From a virus (Duplodnaviria; Caudoviricetes), in the IMG/VR virus record IMGVR_UViG_3300020438_002387, positions 1 to 52,595 of that record: 52,595 nucleotides of DNA. One strand, 5' to 3'. Of this stretch, positions 38,175 to 48,385 are shown one piece after another. Position numbers and translations under genes: made by a program. Position 1 is the stretch's first letter. Every line of letters starts with the position of its first letter. The notes below the pieces were generated by a model that ran no database searches, had not been told where the DNA came from, and saw only the letters and a list, made by a program, of their open reading frames with translations.

Positions 38175-39240
38175 ACTTTCTATTAGAGTTATATACTAGT
38201 TTACTACATTGTCTAGCACATGTCAAGCACTTATTTTCATCTTCCCAATATGTGTCTAGTCTCTTAAATAATTTTATACTGGTATCATTAAGTATTCCTG
38301 TACTGCAATTTTCAACATGTATATCTTTCATCATTGCTTTTGAAAACTCTACACTTATATTTCTAAGGTAATGTATCGGTAATTTTTCTTCGATATGCTG
38401 TTCTAAGTAGTCGCCACCTATCCAACAACAAGGAAAGATATCACCGTACGGATCTACATATATTCCTTGTTCATCTACACATTTTGGATCAATTACAGCA
38501 TTAGAAATTACACTATCTCTAAATTTTTTATCTACCAAATCATTTAATGTTTTGTTTGGAGTCTTTTTAAAACGTTCAGTTTTTGCAGGCTTAATTGTGT
38601 ATTCTACATTACCTTCATTGTCGTGTACTTCATATTCTGACATTTCATAAAATCTTGTAGTACTTACAAAGTTTATAGTCTGAGCTCCTAAACCTAATAT
38701 GTATTCTTCAAGCTCGTCTACTTCATGTTCGTTATGAGCAAATACTAAACTATCAACTCTTGCCCTGCCGCCGGCACTGATAAATGCTTTCATGTTAGCA
38801 ATTACTTTATCAAAATTTGTATTTTTACGATATAGTTCATGCTTTCCTTTGAAGCCGTCAACTGCAAATATTACTTCACTATTAGATTGTGTTCCTATTG
38901 CTTGTGCTAACTTAGACCACCATTGTGGATTACGCATGCCGCCATTAGTATGTATTGCTAATCTAGTATTAGGATTGCATTCGCGTACATATGCATATAT
39001 TTCTAAACAATCTTTTGCAAATGCAGGATCACCATAATTACCACAACTATAAAAGTTATCTATTTGTGATAAAAAGTTTGGGGAGAACCATTCTTTAAAT
39101 TGTTCAATACTAATATCACCGTTACGTATAAACGGGCGAGGGGCGCCGCCGTGATAGTTTCTAGCACACATAGGACACTGTGCTTGACATTTATCTGTAA
39201 GCTCAATATGAACTGTTTTAATGTCAGCTACATTCTGCAT
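38161..39240 (-). CDS. radical SAM enzyme (paralog of 33804)
   Basis: CQAQCPMC; GNYGDP; HTNG; FPCC…CARQC. Confidence 0.9.
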   Translation of the reverse strand: MQNVADIKTVHIELTDKCQAQCPMCARNYHGGAPRPFIRNGDISIEQFKEWFSPNFLSQIDNFYSCGNYGDPAFAKDCLEIYAYVRECNPNTRLAIHTNGGMRNPQWWSKLAQAIGTQSNSEVIFAVDGFKGKHELYRKNTNFDKVIANMKAFISAGGRARVDSLVFAHNEHEVDELEEYILGLGAQTINFVSTTRFYEMSEYEVHDNEGNVEYTIKPAKTERFKKTPNKTLNDLVDKKFRDSVISNAVIDPKCVDEQGIYVDPYGDIFPCCWIGGDYLEQHIEEKLPIHYLRNISVEFSKAMMKDIHVENCSTGILNDTSIKLFKRLDTYWEDENKCLTCARQCSKLVYNSNRKYEFE

Positions 39241-39898
39241 CAAACTGTTCCCTTAGCCAATCAAAATCATTTATAAGACCAATATTGCTCCTATTAGAAA
39301 TCCCAAACTTGCGGCCACTAATAGCACCGGCCAAAGCGTATAAACCATACGGTCTAGTTTTGCCAACTGTACACCAAGTTTCAAGTCGTTTTTCTGTTTC
39401 TTCGTCATGTTGCCCTTTAATAACTTTACTACTTAGCTTTGCACATTCTCTAAATGCTGACTTATATGTATTAAACGGATCTGTGTTAAATGCTGTAATG
39501 TTTGATATGTCTGGCATTGCCATAAAGTTTTTACTAATGCTAGTTGTCATATCGGCGCTGTTAATGTCTACAGATAAAGTTAGTTTTCTAGGAAGAAGTT
39601 TTACACCACCGTAGCCATAAACTAAGTCGTTAATTGGATTTTGAGTCCTCCAAACATGTACATGATCAAGTTGATGACTAGGTACGTTATATTCAAAGTT
39701 AAAATCGTCTAAAATAATTGCATCAGCATCTACAACCCAAAACATATTAGTAAAACATTTTTTAGCTGCGTTTATATGTGCTTGATGTAATCCTTTTACA
39801 CCATGCACACGTTTAGCCATAGGAAATCGTGCTTTTAGTGCAGCATAGTTTTCATCTGCATTAGGCTCTTGATAACTTATGAATACAATGTCGTACAT
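39224..39898 (-). CDS. GT-A fold glycosyltransferase-like protein
   Basis: DIVFISY.EPNA, VVDAD (DxD), GYGGVK, AFRE. Confidence 0.65.
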   Translation of the reverse strand: MYDIVFISYQEPNADENYAALKARFPMAKRVHGVKGLHQAHINAAKKCFTNMFWVVDADAIILDDFNFEYNVPSHQLDHVHVWRTQNPINDLVYGYGGVKLLPRKLTLSVDINSADMTTSISKNFMAMPDISNITAFNTDPFNTYKSAFRECAKLSSKVIKGQHDEETEKRLETWCTVGKTRPYGLYALAGAISGRKFGISNRSNIGLINDFDWLREQFDAECS

Positions 39899-39900
39899 AA

Positions 39901-41130
39901 TTATCCATGTCTCGTGTTACCGTAGTGTATTACTTTAGATGTATCAGAACTAAAGTTCCTCCACGGATCTACTACGATACTATTAGATGGAATTTTGCAA
40001 TACAATTTATCAGTACTGTCGCCTTCTTCTTGCATATACTTGTAAGTTGTACTTGCACTGTGTGCAAGTAATATAATGCTGGGCATACCTAACTCTACAT
40101 CATCGTCTGTAAGAGGGTCAATATACGTAACACGATGTCCTTGTTGTTCAACATAATGTCCTACTAGTAAACTATAGCTACCGTCACAATATTCTACACC
40201 AGGCTTGTATGCTTTACCATGAATAAAGATTGGCATATTTGTTTCTTCTGCATATTTTACAAGTTCTAATGCAACATTTTTTGCTTGTATTTCCCTTGCA
40301 TTCATTATTGCATCAAAAATATCGTAACCTAAGTTAAGTTCTTGTGCCATATAACGTAGTGCAATGTTATCTCTTGGATGACAGCCTCCTCCGTCGCCCA
40401 TACCAGCTGTCATATACTGTGGACCCATAATACGCATAGTACTATCTGCAAGAGCTTTAGTTACAACGTCTACATTAATGTTACCTTGCCTTTGTGCAAC
40501 ATCTTGTATCATGTTAACAAGACCAATTTTTGTACTAATAAATGTGTTATAGAACACTTTAATACATTCGCATTCGTCCCATGTCCCAATAACATATCGA
40601 GGATTGTTTTCCATTATAGTTTTATAAAAGTCTACAAGCTCTTTTGCATCACCTGTTTCGGTACCATCTTCTGTACCAATCATTACCATTTCCGGATTTA
40701 CCATATCCCATGCCACTGAGCCCATTGCAATAAGATAAGGATTATATATAAAGCGGCTATTGTTTGTAAGTTCAACTAACTGACTCCTAACTGTACCAGG
40801 CAATACTGTACTAATAAGTACAAGTAACTGGTCTTTATTCATATGTTCATTAGCTTGTGTTAGAACTTTCTTTACAATATCGTAAGAAAAATCTTTTGGA
40901 CTAAGGTGGGCTGTAGGAGATCTGCCGTCATATGCAGGATCGTGTGGTGTAGGAACTGCTACAAATACAATGTCTTTATTTGCTACAACATCTTTTACTG
41001 TATCAACAACTGTAATATCGTCACTTGTAACTTTTGCAACATCATACCCTTCAACTTCGTGACCTTTTTGTGCAATTGCTTCCGCACAAGGCAAGCCAAG
41101 TTTGCCGATGCCTATAAAACCAACCTTCAT
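39901..41130 (-). CDS. ugd: UDP-glucose/GDP-mannose 6-dehydrogenase
   Basis: GIGKLG, VPTP, STVLPGT, KVFYN, GGGCHPRD catalytic Cys, AYKP. Confidence 0.9.
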   Translation of the reverse strand: MKVGFIGIGKLGLPCAEAIAQKGHEVEGYDVAKVTSDDITVVDTVKDVVANKDIVFVAVPTPHDPAYDGRSPTAHLSPKDFSYDIVKKVLTQANEHMNKDQLLVLISTVLPGTVRSQLVELTNNSRFIYNPYLIAMGSVAWDMVNPEMVMIGTEDGTETGDAKELVDFYKTIMENNPRYVIGTWDECECIKVFYNTFISTKIGLVNMIQDVAQRQGNINVDVVTKALADSTMRIMGPQYMTAGMGDGGGCHPRDNIALRYMAQELNLGYDIFDAIMNAREIQAKNVALELVKYAEETNMPIFIHGKAYKPGVEYCDGSYSLLVGHYVEQQGHRVTYIDPLTDDDVELGMPSIILLAHSASTTYKYMQEEGDSTDKLYCKIPSNSIVVDPWRNFSSDTSKVIHYGNTRHG

Positions 41131-41166
41131 TTAAAACTCCTATAATATACGTAGTTTATTATTTAT

Positions 41167-41937
41167 TTAATAATCTTCAAGCGAATAAATTTTTGCAATT
41201 CTGCCGCCAATTTCCTGCCAATAATTTTTTCTTGGCATATGTTGTATACATTCACCAATACGCTCTTGCATTATGTTATAATAATCTACAGTCTCTTGTT
41301 TTAGCTCACGTCCAAAAAGATTAGCACAAACTTTTGATGCATGACTAAGGTGCCCTAGAACATCAGGATGGAAGTCAATTCCGCTAGTACGACCGTCAAA
41401 ACTAGTATTTCCGCTATTGTCAAATAATTTCTTTTCGGGTAGTGCATTCCTTAACCACGAATAATTTTTTATTAATTTGTCAGTATGTAACTGATTTATA
41501 CCTGCATACTCAACAAAATTTTCGTAATCAATCATATGACTTTGGTATGCTATTTTTATTGTATTGTTTCCGGAAATAATTGCCGTTGCATTTTTTACTA
41601 TATCGTTATATGGAGAATAGTATTTTTTTAAAAAACGTTTATCATAGTAAGGATTATTATTAAATATATTTCCTCCTGACGTCCAATAGCCTTGTTGATC
41701 AACTCTATCTTCTCGATGCCACGATGACCAATTAACTATAACTAGATCGTCGTCGTTAATACTTTGTTTAATTTTTGCTTCAACCATTTTATGGTGTATG
41801 TATATGTTACCAACGCCGGAGTATCCCCAATTTTGAGAAGGCAATCCGGTATCTCTAGCAATTATGTTTGCCCAAGTTGGCCAATAGTAATCTGTATAAC
41901 TACAACCAAAAGCAAAAAATCTATTGTATTTTTTCAT
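41167..41937 (-). CDS. SGNH/GDSL-like protein
   Basis: AFGCSYT, GVGN, DFHP…H blocks. Confidence 0.55.
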   Translation of the reverse strand: MKKYNRFFAFGCSYTDYYWPTWANIIARDTGLPSQNWGYSGVGNIYIHHKMVEAKIKQSINDDDLVIVNWSSWHREDRVDQQGYWTSGGNIFNNNPYYDKRFLKKYYSPYNDIVKNATAIISGNNTIKIAYQSHMIDYENFVEYAGINQLHTDKLIKNYSWLRNALPEKKLFDNSGNTSFDGRTSGIDFHPDVLGHLSHASKVCANLFGRELKQETVDYYNIMQERIGECIQHMPRKNYWQEIGGRIAKIYSLEDY

Positions 41938-43304
41938 TGAAGAAACTCTGAATAATCAATCTTTTCCATAACAGTCATATGGTTAAAATTATGTTCTAGT
42001 ACTTCTTGCATATCTTTATACATGTCTAGCCATTCAATATCTGATTTATTTGTAAGTTCTTGTGTTAGTTTACAAATAGCGTCCATCCTAGCTGTAGGAG
42101 AAACAATAGCATCATAACTTTCGTCCCACCATTTATCAAAAGTTTTGAATCCTAGTTGTTTAAGCTGTGCAAGCGAGTTTGGATGACTTACAACAACAAA
42201 GGGATGATGACATAACATTGGCTTAAATATTTTTTCTGACATAAAGAGACAGGTTTTACGCTCTTCATTAAACGCAGTTTCCGAAGTTAAACTAAACCAA
42301 GTTCTAAGATATGTATCTTTAAACATTGTCCAAACATGATTTTTATTAAAATCTTCTTGATCTAATACTCGAGGCAACGTTGAAAGAAAATCATTGGCAT
42401 TCTCTTTTGTAAAGCTGGGATGAGCCTCCCATCCTCCGGGTATTGCATGCCTATGAGTAATCGGTAAAGTAGACTGTCTAGGGTGCCCTCCTAAAAATTT
42501 TGAATGACTGAAGTCACAAATTTTAGGATCTAATAAGTTATAATAATTAAGCATAACACCAAGTGTCATCCTGTGCTGACGTGTAACTCTGTTCAAACAA
42601 CTAAAACTTTTCATATCTTCTAATTGTTGCTTGTATTGAATTTGTTCTTCAAAGGAAATAGCGTCAGCTTCGTTTTGATATGTTAATAGTCCGCAAAAAG
42701 AAATAGACGGAACAATATTAATCTTATCTTTTTTATTACCGTAATATTTGTCGTGAACTTCTTTTTCTTTTAAATTTGATGTTGTAATAATAATTTGACT
42801 TGGCGGGATTTTATGTTTTTCTAATGATGTATAAAGTACATCATAATAATCTCTACGAACACCAACACTTTTTAGTACTTTAGTTTCTAATAACGGAAAT
42901 CCTTCCCAACCTTGGTCAATATGTATAATACATCTACGCTTTGCTGCTGATCTTATTACTATGGGTCTATGTAGCGCCAATAAGTCAAACAAATTACGTC
43001 TAGAAGAATCGTAGCCGCCGAGCCAATTAGCAGGAGGACCTGATGTACCAATTTCGTATATATAACGCATTTTTTTAGCGTCTTTAACAGTTATTTCTCG
43101 GACTTCTCCTAAAGATCTACAATGATCTTTTAAGAAGTGGTTACACAAAACGTAACGTCCATGAAAAAATGGATCCATTAAATTACGTTCTGGCACTCGT
43201 TTACCTTTTTTGTTCTTAACAATTTTATCGTGTGCAAAATAATACACTATATTTGTTTTACCATCTACTTCTTCAATATAGTGTAGTTTGTTTCTAGTCG
43301 TCAT
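41934..43304 (-). CDS. putative glycosyltransferase-like protein (paralog of 35458)
   Basis: CLNR..R.HR…TSET…MSEKIFKPM…HPFVV…DESYD. Confidence 0.5.
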   Translation of the reverse strand: MTTRNKLHYIEEVDGKTNIVYYFAHDKIVKNKKGKRVPERNLMDPFFHGRYVLCNHFLKDHCRSLGEVREITVKDAKKMRYIYEIGTSGPPANWLGGYDSSRRNLFDLLALHRPIVIRSAAKRRCIIHIDQGWEGFPLLETKVLKSVGVRRDYYDVLYTSLEKHKIPPSQIIITTSNLKEKEVHDKYYGNKKDKINIVPSISFCGLLTYQNEADAISFEEQIQYKQQLEDMKSFSCLNRVTRQHRMTLGVMLNYYNLLDPKICDFSHSKFLGGHPRQSTLPITHRHAIPGGWEAHPSFTKENANDFLSTLPRVLDQEDFNKNHVWTMFKDTYLRTWFSLTSETAFNEERKTCLFMSEKIFKPMLCHHPFVVVSHPNSLAQLKQLGFKTFDKWWDESYDAIVSPTARMDAICKLTQELTNKSDIEWLDMYKDMQEVLEHNFNHMTVMEKIDYSEFLQ

Positions 43305-44706
43305 AATGCGTGATACTCCCTTCATGCATTTCTATTAGTGGTATTGTATCATCCAATCCAATTGTATTTAACCAGTCAGTAAGTATCTTTGGAAATACAC
43401 CTATGTCCTTGCCTCTGCGCTTATCGTACTGTGCATAAAAACTTTTAAAATCGTGCTGTAATTTATCTTTGTCTTCAGTTGTGCGCCTATGTGGTTTATC
43501 TACAACTTCAATATAATCTATTAACCGCTGTATTTGTGCCTTTTCGCCTGAATTAAATAAAGGATTATTCTTATTTTTTTCAAACCAATTTTCTAATTGT
43601 TCTCTGCAATGATCCTTAATATGATCGGGCAATGCTAACGGGCTCATAAAACTCGGCCAACGTAAAATATTTAAATCGACAGCAGGTTTATGAGGTGCAT
43701 ATTTTGCTTTTAATTCTGCCATGTCATCTAAGAATTCTGTAATACTAAACAAACTTAAACTTGTAATAGTCATCATAATTGTTGCACATCTTAAACGTCC
43801 ATTACTAATAACATATTCTAGGTTATCTTTCCAAGTATTATATTCTAGTCCGTCTCTTATATAATCTGCTTGCAATCCAGTAGCTTCGCAACTAGTAAAC
43901 AAGTCAAACTCTTTATAATTATCAAGTTTAGTAAAATCAACTAAGTCTTGTATTAAATCATCTTTCACCATAAGATTTGAATTAATTGCAATTCTTAAAT
44001 TAGGAGCATGATTTTGTTTTACAACTTTTGCAAAGTTCCAAAACTGATGACTTACTAATGCTTCGCCGCCAGTTATCCTAAGTTCTTCTAGTTCACTGCT
44101 TAATTGCGGCCACCATTTAAAAAATGCTTCTACATAAGGATTGCCTTCGTTAAATTTTCCGTACGGTTCGGTCCATTCACCGTCATGATGATAGGCGCCT
44201 GCGCCATCTGATTTCATTTGTTGATATGGACCATTCTTTTTAATATCTTGTGCCCATGTAGTGCTATAACTTGAATTACAATAACTACATGCTAAGTTAC
44301 ACGTTCTATCAAAACTAATTTCTAATGTTTTTGGAATAACATCTTCATATGGATCATTTTCTGCGATTGCAATAATATCTTTTTCTTTGTATATTTGACT
44401 CTTATATACTCTATCAGAAATATTATCTCTACCAATATCTTCAATTTTCCAGCAGTACTCACATTCAGGTGGTCGTTCACCTTTAATCATACGCTCACGT
44501 TGTTTCTTTTTGTGTGCTGTATTATGCAACGCACTAGGATTAGTTTTAATTTCTTCCTTGTCAATAGGATGAGGAATAGGCAAGTGACAACTATGTGTCA
44601 TACCATGGCCTAGATGGATAGTTGCATTAAGCCATTTAGCAGCACAGAAGCTAGGACTAACTGAATCTAATACTTTCTTACGCCAGTCAAATAATTCTTT
44701 ACTCAT
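43294..44706 (-). CDS. radical SAM enzyme with N-terminal Cys/His domain
   Basis: FCAAKW…HSCH…CEYCW; CNLACSYC; TGGE. Confidence 0.9.
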   Translation of the reverse strand: MSKELFDWRKKVLDSVSPSFCAAKWLNATIHLGHGMTHSCHLPIPHPIDKEEIKTNPSALHNTAHKKKQRERMIKGERPPECEYCWKIEDIGRDNISDRVYKSQIYKEKDIIAIAENDPYEDVIPKTLEISFDRTCNLACSYCNSSYSTTWAQDIKKNGPYQQMKSDGAGAYHHDGEWTEPYGKFNEGNPYVEAFFKWWPQLSSELEELRITGGEALVSHQFWNFAKVVKQNHAPNLRIAINSNLMVKDDLIQDLVDFTKLDNYKEFDLFTSCEATGLQADYIRDGLEYNTWKDNLEYVISNGRLRCATIMMTITSLSLFSITEFLDDMAELKAKYAPHKPAVDLNILRWPSFMSPLALPDHIKDHCREQLENWFEKNKNNPLFNSGEKAQIQRLIDYIEVVDKPHRRTTEDKDKLQHDFKSFYAQYDKRRGKDIGVFPKILTDWLNTIGLDDTIPLIEMHEGSITHYDD

Positions 44707-46115
44707 AGTGTTTTGCACTCCCAATAAAAATCTTCCATTTCAGGAAATACTTCTAAAAAATTCTTTCCTCTACGCTTGTCGTGCTCGTCAAAGAATGCAA
44801 CGAAGTTTTTTCTTCCTTCGATAAGTTCTTTTTCCTTAATATGCTTAGGACTCTGCTGCATTACCCAATATATCCTTTGTAATCTATTAATTTCATAGTC
44901 GTACATACCGATGCCGCAAAGTGGCGGCCAATGACTATGTTCTTTATTTTGGAACATCCAAGTGACTTGGTCTTCAAGCATTTTTAAATAGTTGTCATCT
45001 TGAACTATTAGTATTGATTGATGCGGTGGCCAACGTAGATAACTAACATCTAAACTCACTGCATGGCTTTTTGCAGGATCAGTGTGATGTTTTTTACGCA
45101 AGTCTAACAAGTCTTTCATTAGGTCTTGATAACTAGACAAACTTAATGAGTTGTATGTTGCCATATTTGTAATTTTGCAATCTGGTATTTCTGTTAACAC
45201 TTTATCGCAATTGTCAATCCACTGGTTATAATCCATACCATGTCTAATATACTCAGCACGTTTGCCGTGAGCTTCTGCACTAGTATAAATTTTAAAATCT
45301 TTGATTAAACCTTCGCCTTGAATGCGTTTGGCCTTTTCTATCATCTTGTCAACTAAACCGTCTGGTACACAAAGATTGCTGTTTATGTTTAATTCTAAGT
45401 TAGGATTAGGATTCTCAATAATATAATCTAAAACTTTAAAAGTATCTTTTGCCATTAATGGCTCACCGCCAGTAATTCTAAATGTATGCAAATCAGGATA
45501 CAGTTTTGGCCACCATTTCCAAAACGCTTCTACATAAGGATTATGTTCTCTATGCGGAATAGGCATTTTGCCATTTTGTTTAATCCAATCTAAATTATTA
45601 AAATTATATGTAGTGCCAGTATACCCGCCATGCTTTTGTATTTCTTGCATCCAAGTACTACTAATTTCAGGTGAACAGTATGTACACGCAAAGTTACAAG
45701 CATTTGAAAAACTAACTTCTACATAGCTAGGATTTGTATTTTCATCCGGAGAGCTCTTTGCAATAATATCTTTTTCAGGCCAAGCCCATTCTTCTGCACT
45801 TTTAGTTATTCTGTCACTAAATGTAGAACCATCCGACGAGTCTTCAGCTGTCCAGCAATAGTCACATTCTTCTGGACGTTCACCTTTAAGCATTTTAGCA
45901 CGTTGCTCTTTCTTAAACTTAGTGTTATGTAACGCACTAGGATCTACTTCAATTTCTTCTAAAGGTATTTTATGTGTTGCTGGGTGATGGCAACTGTGCG
46001 TATGACCTGTTTGCAAGTGAAGTGTAACTTGCTTCCATTTAGCAAGGCACATAGAACAACTGATGTTATTGAGCTCTTCTCTTACACTCTTATATCCTGT
46101 TAAAACGTCACCCAT
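44703..46115 (-). CDS. radical SAM enzyme, tandem paralog of 43294
   Basis: MCLAKW…HSCHH…CDYCW; CNFACTYC; TGGEP. Confidence 0.9.
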   Translation of the reverse strand: MGDVLTGYKSVREELNNISCSMCLAKWKQVTLHLQTGHTHSCHHPATHKIPLEEIEVDPSALHNTKFKKEQRAKMLKGERPEECDYCWTAEDSSDGSTFSDRITKSAEEWAWPEKDIIAKSSPDENTNPSYVEVSFSNACNFACTYCSPEISSTWMQEIQKHGGYTGTTYNFNNLDWIKQNGKMPIPHREHNPYVEAFWKWWPKLYPDLHTFRITGGEPLMAKDTFKVLDYIIENPNPNLELNINSNLCVPDGLVDKMIEKAKRIQGEGLIKDFKIYTSAEAHGKRAEYIRHGMDYNQWIDNCDKVLTEIPDCKITNMATYNSLSLSSYQDLMKDLLDLRKKHHTDPAKSHAVSLDVSYLRWPPHQSILIVQDDNYLKMLEDQVTWMFQNKEHSHWPPLCGIGMYDYEINRLQRIYWVMQQSPKHIKEKELIEGRKNFVAFFDEHDKRRGKNFLEVFPEMEDFYWECKTL

Positions 46116-47047
46116 TATACGTCCTTTAGTTCTTCGATAAATCTTTGATTATCGGTTCTTGAAGGATTTTGATAAACTGATTTAAAAAATTTACTTTGCT
46201 GTGCATCTAATGGCTGGGCTGCAATAGGTATATCTAATTTAGCTAGAATTTTATCGCCTAAATCTTCAATAGAATCTTGCAATCCTTCCATTGATACCCT
46301 TGGTTCAACTTCTTTCCAAAGACTGTTTAGGTATTTAAAATCTCTAACTTGTACATAATCCCAATCTGTACACATTGTTTTATACAGACCTTCTCGTGCG
46401 CCATAGATTGCCCAAAGGCCATTGTCAACATCTGCACCTACCATAGTCCAAATGTATAACCAATGTAAACATCTCCAATGATTATCTTTAAACTCTTGGG
46501 GTGTAATTCTTACGCCTCGGTCAGTAGCAAGTTTTACACCTTCTCTAAAACCTGCTCTCCATGCTTGTCCTGGTGTTTCATTATTAAATACGTCTGAATA
46601 AACACTATTCATTTGAATATACTGCGCATCCCAGCAAAAATCTACTTGTGCATGTGCATTAGTAGGATCTGCGTTTTCGTGTGTGCGCATGTTTAATACA
46701 TATTCAGTAGGCCAGCATTTAATGCCGCCGTTGCCGTACATCAATCCATTTATTTCATTTTGGCCGCACCAACTAATAACAGCATTTTGTAAATCAACAT
46801 GTTCAGTAAAATCAATTTCTTGATTTAGAAATTCTGCACGTATTCTGTTATCACCATCGACTGTAATAAATCTATCTGTTTCACTTAATTTTGCACAAGC
46901 CTTGTGTGCAGCATCACTACCTTCTACTCCGTGAACACGTTTAGCCCATGGAACTTTTTGACATAAATCTGCATAGTTTTTTTCTGCGTTTGGCTCGTCA
47001 TAAGACAAATAAATTATGTCATAATCAATGGGCTTAAATTTACTCAT
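46115..47047 (-). CDS. GT-A fold glycosyltransferase-like protein (paralog of 39224)
   Basis: DIIYLSYDEPNA, TVDGD, GNGGIK, GFREG. Confidence 0.65.
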   Translation of the reverse strand: MSKFKPIDYDIIYLSYDEPNAEKNYADLCQKVPWAKRVHGVEGSDAAHKACAKLSETDRFITVDGDNRIRAEFLNQEIDFTEHVDLQNAVISWCGQNEINGLMYGNGGIKCWPTEYVLNMRTHENADPTNAHAQVDFCWDAQYIQMNSVYSDVFNNETPGQAWRAGFREGVKLATDRGVRITPQEFKDNHWRCLHWLYIWTMVGADVDNGLWAIYGAREGLYKTMCTDWDYVQVRDFKYLNSLWKEVEPRVSMEGLQDSIEDLGDKILAKLDIPIAAQPLDAQQSKFFKSVYQNPSRTDNQRFIEELKDV

Positions 47048-48385
47048 TTATTGTACTACCTCATGTGCATAGTGTTCAAAATATTTTGCTGTGTATATAC
47101 TTACATTAACTCCATCTTGCTCAACGTCATATATGAAAGGGATAGTAGTTGGCTTTTCCCAAAGTAACTCTTCGGCATTTAACTCTAGCGTTCTATAAAG
47201 AATATTAGGATCATATTTTTCTGTTACACTAAAATACAACTTGTCTTTAACACTATAACCGCTAGTATTTAAAAATGCTTTAGTATACGGATTAAGTACA
47301 ATTGTCCAGCACTTATCAACAAAATTCTGTTGTATAATAACATCATAGTCCTTAGTAGTATTATAATTATAAATCTGAGTGCCTACTAGTACTAATTGTC
47401 CGTTTTTTAAAGTATCTTTATCTACTACAGTATGTTCAGTCTCATAAAACAAAGTTTTGTTATTTAATGAATCAAATTTTAAAAGTTCTTCTGAATCCCA
47501 AACAATTAAATGTCTATCAGATTCTTTCCAAAAAACTGTGTTCTGTTGTTTTTCAAACTGCTCAGAGGCATATTTAATACTAAAAATTTTATTATTACTT
47601 AATACAATCATACCCAAGTTTAGGTCGTTAGTGTCGATAACTGTTAGGTGCTTGTTTTCATCAGCGTATAAAATAACATCTTGTACGATAATTTCACAAT
47701 TTGCTTTTCTAAATTTAGTTTCTGCTTTTTGGTCTTTTTTAATTCTGTAAACTGTTCCTCGATGCCAAACATGTTGACCTTCTGTATGTGATAATTCGTC
47801 ATACCAAACATCAACATGCACACCTTCATATTCAGGTTGCATTATTAAACGATTTGAAACGTGTGTAACTGTTGACGTGTCTGTTAATAGCACATCCTTT
47901 ATAAAAAGTTCTGCATTGCCAAATACTTGACCTTTATCGTTGTCTGCTAAAAGTTTGTAAACATTATCTTCATAGAATACTATTTGATCTTTTACATATT
48001 CGCCATCAACTGCCCATATATAAACATCAACACCGTCGTATGCTGGTTCAAGTGTGCTATGGCCGTCATTATAATTTTTAATTAACGGTAACTCATAACA
48101 TAAAGTAGCTGCAATTTTATTTTCGTCTTCATATGTTTTACGTTTTAACATCCTGTCTTTAATTGAAACATCGTATGTTACGACCCATTCGTCAAGTCTA
48201 TACTCGCCTTTAAGTAAAGGTTTTGCTTCATCCTGCGTAACTACTAGCAATTCAAAATCTTCTGTATCATATTTTCTATTACTAATTTTCTTAACAGCAC
48301 CAGTTTGTTTTTCATAATAAACATATGCTTCACTTGAAACAGCTTCTACTTTTAGTTTTCTTATTAAACTTGCTAACTCAGACAT
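47048..48385 (-). CDS. hypothetical protein with internal aromatic beta repeats
   Basis: 445-aa ORF; two clear YxGVxVxxW…GxVY-type repeats. Confidence 0.6.
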   Translation of the reverse strand: MSELASLIRKLKVEAVSSEAYVYYEKQTGAVKKISNRKYDTEDFELLVVTQDEAKPLLKGEYRLDEWVVTYDVSIKDRMLKRKTYEDENKIAATLCYELPLIKNYNDGHSTLEPAYDGVDVYIWAVDGEYVKDQIVFYEDNVYKLLADNDKGQVFGNAELFIKDVLLTDTSTVTHVSNRLIMQPEYEGVHVDVWYDELSHTEGQHVWHRGTVYRIKKDQKAETKFRKANCEIIVQDVILYADENKHLTVIDTNDLNLGMIVLSNNKIFSIKYASEQFEKQQNTVFWKESDRHLIVWDSEELLKFDSLNNKTLFYETEHTVVDKDTLKNGQLVLVGTQIYNYNTTKDYDVIIQQNFVDKCWTIVLNPYTKAFLNTSGYSVKDKLYFSVTEKYDPNILYRTLELNAEELLWEKPTTIPFIYDVEQDGVNVSIYTAKYFEHYAHEVVQ

